A DNA stretch of 64,000 nucleotides from Bugula neritina (lineage: Eukaryota; Animalia; Bryozoa). Under the pieces are notes generated by a model. The model did not search any database. It saw only the letters and a program-made list of their open reading frames with translations, and was not told the origin of the DNA. Shown piece after piece: positions 52,760 to 64,000 of this stretch. A program made the translations under genes and the position numbers. Within the stretch, counting starts at the first letter, position 1; the number at the start of each line of letters is the position of its first letter. The DNA lies in the NCBI GenBank assembly GCA_964035545.1, contig OZ037769.1:15096633-15160632 (forward strand). The letters are read 5' to 3'.

Positions 52760-55711
52760 ATGATCCATTAAAATAGAAATAATAAAGCCAACGACGTTAA
52801 TGGTATGTCTAACTAAACATGGCATGTCTTGTCTGGCAGTGGGTATGTGGAGGGCCAGGCAACCTACGGCCGTCAACCCGTTAATGGCACAACTAAAAGA
52901 AGATACTCAAGAGAAGACAACAAAGTTGTCATGAAATGCTGCTTCAAAAGTACACCCAAATTGAGAGGTTATAGAAAAACAATGTATGAGCTCTGTAGAC
53001 CCGGATCAAAGAATTATTTAAAAAGAATGTGCAAACGCTGGAAAACAGAGGAGAGTTTAACATCAGCGAATAGAGACTAGCGGATTAAGCAAGAACTATG
53101 AAGAAACACAAGCATTTTATAGAAGAAGAACTCCATAAGATTGGAGAAGGAACCTTGCAAGAACTAGGCACATCAATTGGTGAAGAAGATAATGAAGAGC
53201 TAAATTTGCAAATAGAGGATGTTATAGTACAACATGAGATAGCATATAAATCAGCCATGAGAATTTTAAGAGTACCTAGTTCAGAGGTAGAAAAAGTGTT
53301 AGTAGAAAAATTATAAATGAGCATAACAAACTATCTAATGATCGACCAACACTAAGAGCCCTTAGGCACATTGAGAGGGTCAAATTACTACAGGCAGTAA
53401 AACAGATTAATGATGTGCTAAACTGTGTTAAGATTATTAATACCATTGAGCTTAATAACACCACCATGGCTTGTGCGAAAAATAGTAACAGAACAAGTGT
53501 GTAACAAAAAGGAAAAAGAAAAACTGACAATGTACAAGTATGGAAAATACGACTGCAGAAGAAATAAAAAGAAATTAGATCAGACTTAAGTAAAATAGCA
53601 GAGTGAAAAAGTAGAGCTTACAATGATTCATTGAGAAGAATGGTTGAAGAAAAATATAGGATAAAGAACAAAGAGTGTGGTGTAGTGATTGAAAAACTGA
53701 AGCAAAACCTGAGAGCTGTAAGCCAGAAGATAAACAGATATACAGAATGAGTTGATCAATATAATCAGAACACAATGTTTACAATGATAAGCGCTTTTAT
53801 CAAGAATTACGAGGAAATGAATACGTACATCTAAAGAGGCACCTGACAAGGAAATCAAAAGCATTCTGATAAAATATATGGGGTCAGCCAATTAAAAATA
53901 ATACCAATGCAGAATGACTAAATAAAGTTAGCAACAAATTGGAGCATATGTAAAGACAAGGAAATTAGATCTTAGAAACGATGCAAACAACTGGAATAGC
54001 AATTAATGTCATAAGGTTGATAAGAAAAAGCATGAAACCTGGAAAACACAACTGAAATACCTGGAAGAAAAGATAGGAGAAATAAAGATCAAACTAAGAA
54101 TTTTCCAAGGAGACTCTTTATCTCTATCCCTTTTTTCCAACTACCGATTCGCATGACAGAAGCGGCTCAATGATGCAAATTTCGACGAGACAGAAAACAA
54201 ACCATCTCCTATATGTGGATGACCTGAAGGTAAATAGGAACTGGAAGCTTTGGTAAACACTGCCGGGATCTTCACAAGGAATATAGAAATGAAATTTGGA
54301 TTAAAAAATGTGCCACACTGGTTATGAGAAAGGGAAAGAAAATTAAGGACACAGGAATCAGTTTGCCTGATGAACAGGTAATCAAAGATCTGGGTGAGAA
54401 GCCGTATAAATATCTAGGAGTTCTTGAGATTGATGGAATACAAATATATGAAATGAAAAATAAGATCAAGGAGTACTACAAACAAATAAGAAAAGTTCTG
54501 GATTCAAAACTGAATGGTGAGAACACAATCAAAGCAATAAACACATGGGCAGTAACAGCAGTGCATTACACAGCTAGAATACTTGACTGAACTGTTTCAT
54601 GAGCTAAAAAATATAGACTGAAAGACAAGGAAGCTAATGACAACAAACCGTGCACCCTATCCGAGAGCAGATGTAGGCAGGCTGTATTTTAGCAGAAGGG
54701 AAGGCGGTAGAAGAATGTTGTCAACTGAAAAATGCATAAAGATTGAAAACTGCAGCATGTCAGACTACATAAATATAACATAGACTGATAGAAACACCAC
54801 ACTGAATACCTTCCTAAAAGACAGAACAGCGGTAGAACTAAATAATGATAAAGTGATAGAAAGAACTGATGAGTGTAAAGAAAAGCTTCACGTGGTCAAT
54901 ACATCAAAATGGTGGAAGACATGAAAGCATTTTCCTGGAACTGGTTGAAGTATGGTTGGCTGAAAAAGGAAACAGAAGGACTGCTGACAGCTGCGCAAAA
55001 TCAACTATTCACTACTAGAAATTATAAAGTGGCTATGATGAGAGAACAGGGTAGCAAGAAGTGTGGAATGTGTAACGCAAGAGACAAAACTTCGATGCAC
55101 GTATTGAGTGAGTTTGAGAAGGTAGCAGAAGGAGAATATAAGGAAAAACACAACCTTTTGGCATTGATAATTTCAATAGTAGTTGTGTGAACTTCGTGGG
55201 TTTCAGAAAAGTAAGAATTGGTTCGGCCATCAAGCAGAATAAGTACTGGAAAATGATAATGTGAAAACCTTGTAAGATTTTAACATACACACTGACGTAG
55301 TCATCAAAGTTAGGAGACCCGATATATTAGTAGTTGACAAGCATAATGCTAAAACAACGATAATTGATATCACAGTCCCTGTTAACTACAGAGTAAAAGA
55401 AAAAAATTCGAAAAGTTAGGAAAATATCAGAATTTAGCACTAGAATAAACCCGCCTTTGGAAAACATCAAAAAAGTCATCCCGTTGTAACTGGAGCCTTT
55501 GGAGCTTTATACAAGATTGTAGACTGGCTGACACTACTTGGAGTAGCTGAAAACAAATGCTCATCAATTCAGCAGACACCCTTACTAGGATCAGGATAAG
55601 CTCACATCCTAAGGAAAGTTCTAGCCATTTCAGCCTAGTATAACTAGGCCAATGGTAAAAGGTTACACCAGCTAAAAAACTACGGTCAATCAACAATAAT
55701 AATAATAATAG
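52760..55711 (+). mobile_element. Decayed R4/Dong-like non-LTR retrotransposon, copy B (via the duplication)
   Basis: Same motifs and same disabling mutations as 29924-32888; 13-bp indel near 54240. Confidence 0.85.
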
Positions 55712-56946
55712 TGCAGTTGGTTCTATTATTAGATTAGCATATCGATTATGACTTTTCGATTGCCACCCTGATACTATGAGTAAAATGTACAAGCATACGT
55801 GAAAGTATAGATATGATCATAAGTATAAAAATAGGTATAAGTATAAATATAAATATAGGTACAAGTATAAAACGAATGATTATATTATTAATAATATTAG
55901 TCAGTGATACCTATAACCGTAATGGTTTTTAGACTTACAGTTATCATTAACATTAGCTGAGTAATATGATTAGTTAAAATAATGGTATTCATTATTATAT
56001 CATAGTTATAAGTTATAACTCTAGTCTCTAAAGAGCAACAGCAAGTGTAATTGGGATATTCATATTAAATTTCATATTCACATAGTGAAATGTTTATGTT
56101 ATGAACTAATTTATTCCTTCAACATTTAACTATAAATATGATTAACACTAACTTTGACCAGCAGTATTACTAAAAGAAGCGCATTACAAATATAAGATAA
56201 TAAAATTCTAGTAGTAGGACTAATAGTATTACTAGGTCCAGTATTATTCTTGTTATCTTATTCATCATTCATGAGTTATCAAATTTAAAATTACTACTTA
56301 TTAGTGTAGTAATTTGTGCAATTACTGAGCGTGAGTTATTTACTTGCGTATAGTTAGCTGGTTATTCTGTTATCAATTACTAGGGTAGCTGTCGAGTAAT
56401 TATATTTATTATCCACAATAAAGCATAAACCAAACATCACATCAAATTATCCTATACAAGAGTCAACTACTAACACATGTTACTACTACAAGCCTCCGCT
56501 TACAACAACGTGATATAATCTTAATAACCCGGGAAGTGTCACGTGACTCGGAAGCATATCTTCCGGAGCTGCTAATTGGTTGCTACATAAGAGTCTAAGT
56601 ATTCCAAGAATAGGGAGAGGGCGATTCCTGTATTTGTACTTGCACTACTCACCACACCGTCCCCCCCAGCAGAAAGCCCTACTTTCTGATAACACAATAA
56701 AAAACATAATGAAAAACCATACAATAATCCAAAAAGGAAAATATACATAAGTACACCCACAAAGAGTAAGAAAAGAAATAGTTAAACACGACAACGTTTA
56801 CATTAGAAGACAACAGGGTGATCGATCACACACATCTAGTCAGCTATTAAGAGAGAGGGTGCTTACCAGCACGCGGGCCAATGTCGGAGCGCTCGTCACA
56901 TCCTAAACGAGCTATAGCTCAACGAAGGTGCCTACCCCAGGCATTC

Positions 56947-57994
56947 TCATTGGTTGGACTCTGCTTCTTGTAGCGACCGTGCTCTGTGTCGAGCCTGTCG
57001 GGCCCGTAGCCGCCTCTTCAGTCGTCCCACTGAGTCCTTCAACTGGTATAGACCTGTCGTCGTATCCAGCAAGTCAGGGGCAAGTTGTGTGAACTCGGCT
57101 TGCAGTCTTAGAAGCCGCTCTTCTACGTTAGCCAGCTGGCTAGGTCTTGGTGGGGTTATAGGGGTCTCCGTTATACGGGATATGGTTGTTTTTTCTACTT
57201 CTGGGGTGTTGCTAGGGTTGACGGGAGTAGGAGGTGGGCCCTGAACCATAGGGGACTTATGGCGGGCAGATAGTAACAGTACGTGAAACCCTGACGTTAG
57301 TGCGGCCAGGGTAATAGCCTTCCTGATGACTGGCTTGATGGCATCCAGGTATAGGGGGAAACTGTCTTCATCAACAGTGTGGTTCTCTCCGGCGAAGCAG
57401 CTTAGCTTATGTACTGTCACGGGATACGGGTAGACGTCGTGGAACCCGCAGGGACAGAAGTGGAGTAGGAAATGGGCATCCACATGTAAACGCAAGGAGC
57501 GGTGTGACGGGCACTCCTCAAAGCAGACCTGGCAGGTTCGGTGTGGTCCACTGGGTCCCCAGGCTTCTTCAATTTTCCTCTCTGTCGTGGGTGACACCCA
57601 ACGGTGTCGTCGGCGGAGTACTACTGGTATGCCATTCTCCATTACAGGCTCTTCTTCCATAGACAGAGAGGTTGGCTGGTCCCGTGACCGGGAGGTGGTC
57701 ACTCGAGTGTGATCTGAAAGAGTAGCAGTGTTAAAGATTATACACTGAGACACCGTCGGCGTGTACAGCCTGACCGGTACTCTGTTCAGTTACACTCGTG
57801 AGATTCAGGCTAATGAATAGTTGATGGAGAACACACTCGCTATGACAGATTATTTAAAATCAAAGTCGACGTGTATTCCCACCACTGTTTATCATTATCG
57901 AATCTCCAGCTAGCTAGTGTAGCTGACTGATGCAGTCTAGTTATCGTACCAAAAACATAATTAACTCACCCTTCGATCCAGAATAGTAAGACAT
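56947..57994 (-). CDS. ORF3 zinc-finger/coiled-coil gene, copy 2 (exons 57994-57970 + 57713-56947)
   Basis: Same ATG, donor and acceptor as copy 1; a 5-bp indel falls in the intron; 4 aa differences. Confidence 0.8.
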
Positions 57995-58017
57995 TTTGGA
58001 ATGAAAGTGGTATCTGA

Positions 58018-60276
58018 TTACTGTTTACTGGCACGTCTACTCTCGACTGCATCAACATAGGAAAAGACCGGACAGCGTGGTTGTGAAACGTGACTAGGGC
58101 TTTTCACTTCCAGCGGATGAATCTCGCGTGAGATTCCGCCGAGGCAAAAGTTGAGATTCTCGTGGTGATCACAACTCCCACGGCTCTTTGCCTGTTTTCC
58201 CATGCGAGGCCTCTCTAGACTTTTGTTACTGCCGCTTATACCGCGGTCACGTACACAGTCTCTGAGACACGCTGGAAGTTGCCTAGTGTGTGGTGCTGGT
58301 CCTATGTTGGCATCTCCTTGCGGAGCCCCTCCCACGGGGGGTTTTTGCACTTCCGGACCTGTTTCTGGTTCCGGAAGTGGTGATGATGGCAGGCTTGACG
58401 TTGGGGGCAGTGGGCGCACTTTCAAGGACGGAAGTGGCCTTTCTCGCCTCGCCAAGTCTTCCTGACGTGTCATGGAGGTGTTTCCGGCCAGGTTGACAGT
58501 CTCCGCCTGCTGAGACCTTCTCGCACAATGCGTCTGCCGCCCCGCTTCACCAGGGAGACGGCTATGCTTGTTGGTCTGGCAGACTTTGCACCGTCTCACT
58601 CTGCGTCGGATATCCCGTTCCATGTTAGGCCAGTACCACCGGAGTTGTAACTTGGTGACCACCCCTTGGACTCCTCCGTGAGTCTCCTCGTGAGTGTCTT
58701 GTATCAACTTCCGGCGGATGGCAACTGGGCAGACAACCCTCTTCCTGGTGGGCTGTCTGCTGTTGGTGGCCAAGGTCATGGTTAGCAGACCATCTGGCCC
58801 GACCCGCAGAGAGCTCCAACGTTGACAGTACAGCCGTAACTCGGCGCATCCCTGTCGCCGTTGTGTACTACTGGGTCGTCGCCCCTCCTGTTTCGCTCGG
58901 TACACGTCGGCTACCACCCCAGGAAGGCATTCCTGGAGCTTCGGCAGCTCCCTAACGTTACCAGCCCATACAGGTTTGGCGCGGAGGCTCTGGGCAGCCT
59001 CCGGGGGCGTGTCAGCCCTCTGTTGAAGTGGCTGAGCAGGGGCGGTCCTCGCCGCCCGTGGTACCTCACGGCAGCCTGCTCTATTTAGGCGGGCTCCGTG
59101 GTTTGTGTGGCTGAACGCCTCACTGTACCCATGTGGCAACCTAGCCATAGCCTGGCGCTTCCCGTTGCCTGTGCAGCCACGCGTCCCTGAAGGAGGGGAG
59201 GCGTGGGTTGGGACGGTCTTCCGCCCTCGAGACGGGCTCTGCTGAGGACCTTCCGTCGTAGCTCCCGACGACGGCCCAATGGCTTCCTCCTGGACAGGAT
59301 GGAAGCGACCCAGCATGGATCTGGGTGGTAGGTCTACTGTCTCTGAGGAGGGGTTGACACACTGCACTGAGATCTCTCCTTGCCCCGTGAGCCGGCTAAA
59401 ACTACGGGCAAGTTGGACTCTCGAGTGCGTACTTTCGACAACTCCCAACTTAGAGGTTTGGCCACCGTCTACCTTGCAGCGGACGGTAGCCCGGGAGTGG
59501 CCTGGCATAGTACAGCTCCGTACTACCTGCACTGCTCCCGCTAGAGGACGACCAAACTTATCGACACAAGCGAGCTCCTCGTCGCCCATGATTATCGCAG
59601 ATTTACTGAAATCGATGCGACAACCGTGTCGTTGTAAGAATGGCATCCCGAGGATAGCATCCTCGTTGAGCTGCCCGACGATAAACGTCTCTTGGATGGC
59701 CTGGTTACGGACGTAACCAGTTAGCTCAATAATGCCGTAGAAGGGAATGCACGACCCGTCTGCCAAGGTGCCATGATCCCCCTCGTACGGTGCCAACCTG
59801 TCCTTGACCTTAGCGCTGAGGGTGTCAAAGAACTGACGGCTAAGGAGGTTGGTGGTGCAGCCGGAGTCCAGAAGGAAGTTGGCAGGCTTGCCGGCTAACT
59901 TCCCTGGCAGGAAGTAGCTACTTCCGTGCGGCTGCAATTGAGTGTGCCGTGGTTGCACCTCCCTCGCTGTGGGTCGAGGGGTCCACGGTTGGCGGCGACT
60001 ATTGACCAGCTGCCGAGGTTGGGGCGGTACGCCTTGCGGCGCCTGTACCGTTTCCCTCGCAGGCTCTGTGGTCAACCGTCTGCCGGTTCCGTGTTGGTGC
60101 CGGAGTGGCGTAGAGGACCCAGGTGGCGAGTGGCTGAAGCCTACTTGCCGCGGGGGTCGCCACTTCACAGCGTCTCCGCGCGGCGCCCAGCGGGGCGACA
60201 GACGCGCGGGCCTCCCTGGGTGATTTACAGACGGCCCGCAGGAGGTGGGAACATCTGCGGGCCGGGGTAGTTTAAC
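58018..60276 (-). CDS. pol: Internally deleted pol (protease + integrase HHCC only), copy 2
   Basis: Same length and open frame as copy 1; frameshift heptamer 60276-60270 and hairpin 60264-60232 conserved. Confidence 0.85.
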   Translation of the reverse strand, partial: VKLPRPADVPTSCGPSVNHPGRPARLSPRWAPRGDAVKWRPPRQVGFSHSPPGSSTPLRHQHGTGRRLTTEPARETVQAPQGVPPQPRQLVNSRRQPWTPRPTAREVQPRHTQLQPHGSSYFLPGKLAGKPANFLLDSGCTTNLLSRQFFDTLSAKVKDRLAPYEGDHGTLADGSCIPFYGIIELTGYVRNQAIQETFIVGQLNEDAILGMPFLQRHGCRIDFSKSAIIMGDEELACVDKFGRPLAGAVQVVRSCTMPGHSRATVRCKVDGGQTSKLGVVESTHSRVQLARSFSRLTGQGEISVQCVNPSSETVDLPPRSMLGRFHPVQEEAIGPSSGATTEGPQQSPSRGRKTVPTHASPPSGTRGCTGNGKRQAMARLPHGYSEAFSHTNHGARLNRAGCREVPRAARTAPAQPLQQRADTPPEAAQSLRAKPVWAGNVRELPKLQECLPGVVADVYRAKQEGRRPSSTQRRQGCAELRLYCQRWSSLRVGPDGLLTMTLATNSRQPTRKRVVCPVAIRRKLIQDTHEETHGGVQGVVTKLQLRWYWPNMERDIRRRVRRCKVCQTNKHSRLPGEAGRQTHCARRSQQAETVNLAGNTSMTRQEDLARRERPLPSLKVRPLPPTSSLPSSPLPEPETGPEVQKPPVGGAPQGDANIGPAPHTRQLPACLRDCVRDRGISGSNKSLERPRMGKQAKSRGSCDHHENLNFCLGGISREIHPLEVKSPSHVSQPRCPVFSYVDAVESRRASKQ

Positions 60277-61175
60277 CCTGGTGGGAGTTGAGGGCAGTTT
60301 CTCTGGAAATGTCCTGGCCTTCCGCATTCCCAGCAGAAGTGGTGCCCCATGCCTGGTGATTGTACCTGCGGCCCGCAAGGCTCACGGGCAGTATCTACCT
60401 GGCTTGGGGAGGCTAATGTGGTGACCAGTTTATCTAGCATGTCAGTCATCTGTGAGATTTTTGACTCTAGTGACATCTGGTTCACACTAGCCACCGCGGA
60501 GGGTTCCGCATTTAATTCGGTGTGAGCAGTAGAGTGCTCCGTGGCCACCTGGCGGGAGGCCACGCGGTTGCGGTGCATATGAGTCGCCAAGAGATAGGCT
60601 TCTCCCACCGCAAGTGCATCTTCGACTGTGGTGACTCCCCTCGCTTGGAGTTGATGGTGGAGTCCCAAGTCGTTGATGGACTGCACGAAGGCATCATAGG
60701 TATACCTCTCACGGTGTACCGGAGGCAGATCGCGGAATGCAATCTGCGCTAGTGGGTACACCGTGGCAGCGTGCTCTTCTAGTGACGTGTGAGGATCACG
60801 CCGCATCCTCTGTAGACGGGCCCGCGCATCTATGGGAGAGATGCCAAAACGGGCCCGCAGGGAAGCAAAGATTCCGTCTATGTCAGGTCCAGCTCCGTAC
60901 GGCTTAGCTTTGCCCGTCAGCGCCATCCTGAGCTTTAGCAACGCCACCCTTGGCGGCCATTCTGCAATCTCCATCACATCCTGGAATTCTTGGATGAACT
61001 GCTCCACTGCTTCTTCGCCAGTGAAGTTGGGCGCCTTCAGCCGATATCTATTTTCACCATGCTCTCTAAGAATTCTCACTTCTTCATCTAACACCACTGG
61101 TTCCACAGGTATATCAACATTATCTCTCTCACCTTCATTCAGTGGAATGGGTAGCTCCGTGCCGTCTTCTGCCAT
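60225..61175 (-). CDS. gag: Gag, copy 2
   Basis: 5 aa differences from copy 1; CCHC knuckle intact. Confidence 0.9.
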   Translation of the reverse strand: MAEDGTELPIPLNEGERDNVDIPVEPVVLDEEVRILREHGENRYRLKAPNFTGEEAVEQFIQEFQDVMEIAEWPPRVALLKLRMALTGKAKPYGAGPDIDGIFASLRARFGISPIDARARLQRMRRDPHTSLEEHAATVYPLAQIAFRDLPPVHRERYTYDAFVQSINDLGLHHQLQARGVTTVEDALAVGEAYLLATHMHRNRVASRQVATEHSTAHTELNAEPSAVASVNQMSLESKISQMTDMLDKLVTTLASPSQVDTAREPCGPQVQSPGMGHHFCWECGRPGHFQRNCPQLPPGLNYPGPQMFPPPAGRL

Positions 61176-64000
61176 GACTGCTATACGCAAGATCCCACCG
61201 CTGCCACCACTGTAGTAATTTGTGCAATTACTGAGCGTGAGTTATTTACTTGCGTATAGTTAGCTGGTTATTCTGTTATCAATTACTAGGGTAGCTGTCG
61301 AGTAATTATATTTATTATCCACAATAAAGCATAAACCAAACATCACATCAAATTATCCTATACAAGAGTCAACTACTAACACATGTTACTACTACAAGCC
61401 TCCGCTTACAACAACGTGATATAATCTTAATAACCCGGGAAGTGTCACGTGACTCGGAAGCATATCTTCCGGAGCTGCTAATTGGTTGCTACATAAGAGT
61501 CTAAGTATTCCAAGAATAGGGAGAGGGCGATTCCTGTATTTGTACTTGCACTACTCACCACAATTAGCATCAGCATATAAAAAGTAAGATCATTAGGAAT
61601 AATTATCATGAGGTATGATCTATGATTTGCATTATCCATATATAGTTTAATATCAATATGATATATTATTATTGCTGATAGTCTATGTTATAGTTAAATT
61701 TATACTTATCTTTACAGTTACCTATAGTAGCACTTATTAGTTATTTGTGGTAGCCAAACTAATGTTTAATACTAATAAATTAAACTGAGTATCATAAAAG
61801 TGTTACTAAGAATTTTAATTATAATCGTAATGGTGATCATATTACTTTATTATAATTATTATATTTTATCATTAATGCTAAACTGAGTTAATGTATATAC
61901 TTTGAGTTTTACTATTACTCATTATATTTACACTTATAGTAAAACTAAATATGTAAAAGTTATACTTATACTATTATTATTCGTATTTCATTAGACTTAC
62001 ATCTAAGATCGCAGTCCTATTACTACTACCACTGATACTAGTACTACAACTAGTACTAGTACTGCTACTAGTACTAGTACTACTACTACTACTACTACTA
62101 CTACTAATAGTACTGTTACTACTACTACTACTAGTACTACTACTAGGTCTACTACTGTACCAGTACAACTACAAACTTTGAAAATAACTGCAAGAAAGGT
62201 ATGACTTACTCTTTTTCTTAGTCTTACTGTGACTCTCAGTCGTAATGTAAAATAAAATTGTGAACTGTAAAGTTAAACCCAAGGCTGAAATTTATTTAAT
62301 TAAATTTAGACAATCTGAATCATTGGCTCAATCCTTGAGTTTGACTATTACTATTATTATTAGTGTTACGATTGTGATTATCATTGGCATTATGCCATTA
62401 TGATTATCATTATGATTGTAATTGTGGTAATTCTAACATTAATTATAATCATAAATTAAAAGGTAATGATTAATGATAAGTATTTTCATTTTGTAATCAT
62501 AATGATAATCATAATGATGTAAATTTTGATGTAAAACCAAAATACTAAAACTAAAAGTAAAAGTTATAAAATTAAATGATAAAATATTATAATGATAATT
62601 ATTATATTATTATTGAATATATTATTTCATTAGAAAATAGGTTGCAGCTTAGCATGATTAAAATTCAGTAAAAATTAGTTTACCAACAGCAAACATGCAT
62701 GCGTCTTGTCAACATTCAATTCGTAGTGTCATAGCGAAGCCAGATTACTGGTAGTACGACTACTAGAACTACTACTACTAGTGATGGATTACAGATCCTT
62801 GGCGATTTTAGCTGTGAGTGACCTTCACCTCACATTATCGTCATGTGCGCGGCATTAGACTAAGTAGAGGGTATGAAGCACTGAGCTGGAAAAGAAAGAA
62901 TATATTTTAATTATAGGTAATACTAATAGTAATATAATTTATGGTAATATATAGGTAATATTATTGAGTTCATTGGTATGGAGTATAGACCTATCACTGA
63001 TAGTATCAGTATCAACTACCACTTACGTACTACTTCAACTTATAACTTACCTTCAACTCAAACTGAAACTGCTTGGAATCATTTGTCTTTGATCATATTG
63101 GCATTGTGATTGTCATTGTGATTGTAATAACTATTAATATTTTTAGTTCAACATCAATGCCGAACATATTGTAATAACTAATAAGATAATCATAAGGTTG
63201 ATATATTTTGCTAATACTGATACTAATACTAATAGTTATAGTAATAGTTATAGTAATTCAGTGTCACTCTCACTCTGGTGGAGTGAGACTCAGACTTAGA
63301 GTTAGAGACAGAGTGAGTCCGAGTAAGTCTGAGTGTTGGTAATAGTAATAGTCATATAAATTTAAATTATATTTACTTATTTCTAGCAATCACAATGGCA
63401 ATAGTTATAGTAACTTTCACTTACTCTTAAATCATTGAACCTGAACTAAAAGTAAAATTAAGCATTATGATTATCATTATGATTATACCTATGATTTTAT
63501 TATGTTTAAATTAAAAATCAATATCATGATAATATCATAGTGATAGACATATTATTGATAAATGATAATATAAAAGTAATTTGATAAATTATACATTGAT
63601 TTTGAATTAAGGTGATACTGATACTAGACCGGTACTGAAAGTGATAGTAATACTAATGGTAATAGTAATAGTCATATAAATTTAAGTTATATTTACTCAT
63701 TACCGGCAATCACAATGGCAATAGTAACTTAAACTGTAACAGTAATGGTATGGGTATGTTTGAAATTGTCACTATCAGTATTGCTATGAATCAAAATATA
63801 ATGCTATCATACCAATAATTTAAAATAATATTACAAAGCTTCAGTAGCAACTTTTACTTGTACCAGTTTGGAATTTTGAATTATACATATTCTTAGTTGA
63901 AGTCTACAAGTTTATTGTCAAAATGAACTTGAAATTAAAGACTTAGTAGTAAAAATTAAACTAAGACTGACTGTAAGTGACTAAGATTAAAAATAAGTAA

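Larger units (their letters stand above)
56305..61562 (-). mobile_element. Non-autonomous Gypsy-like LTR retrotransposon, copy 2
   Basis: LTRs 56305-56656 and 61211-61562 apparently identical; TSD ATTAG (56300-56304, 61563-61567) confirmed by the empty site at about 33477-33481; PBS 61192-61209; PPT 56657-56667. Confidence 0.97.
50670..64000 (+). repeat. Segmental duplication, copy B (runs off the right edge)
   Basis: Begins TAAATTAAATAAAAGGA like 27840; colinear to the window end; contains LTR element copy 2 and lacks the CACAG transposon. Confidence 0.95.

Noticed and set aside
56305-61562. LTR copy 2 as a product of the segmental duplication
   Set aside because: Different insertion site and TSD, an empty site in copy A, and copy-specific LTR variants.

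Overview
AT-rich, intron-containing, repeat-dense DNA that looks like an invertebrate animal genome (species not determinable from the sequence). Main contents: (1) a minus-strand tandem family of Pol-beta-type nucleotidyltransferase (GlnD/DUF294-like motif) + TPR genes: one nearly complete but disabled copy (17949-20953), one heavily disrupted TPR-less copy split by a piggyBac element (4345-10145), and the first exon of a third copy running off the left edge; (2) two independent, recent insertions (39279-44541 and 56305-61562) of a Gypsy-like LTR element that keeps gag, a -1 frameshift signal, protease and the integrase zinc finger but has lost RT, RNase H and the integrase core, and carries a third, intron-containing gene for a double zinc-finger/coiled-coil protein that appears to be under purifying selection (the most unusual thing in the window); (3) a near-identical duplicated block (27840-38494 vs 50670-64000) whose copies carry reciprocal TE insertions, exposing empty sites and exact TSDs; (4) an RTE LINE fragment, a decayed R4/Dong-like element (duplicated), CACAG-ended DNA transposons, MITEs, a possible hAT fossil, one Pro-rich host exon on the + strand, and micro/minisatellites. 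No rRNA, intact tRNA or CRISPR array seen. All alignments and counts were done by eye.
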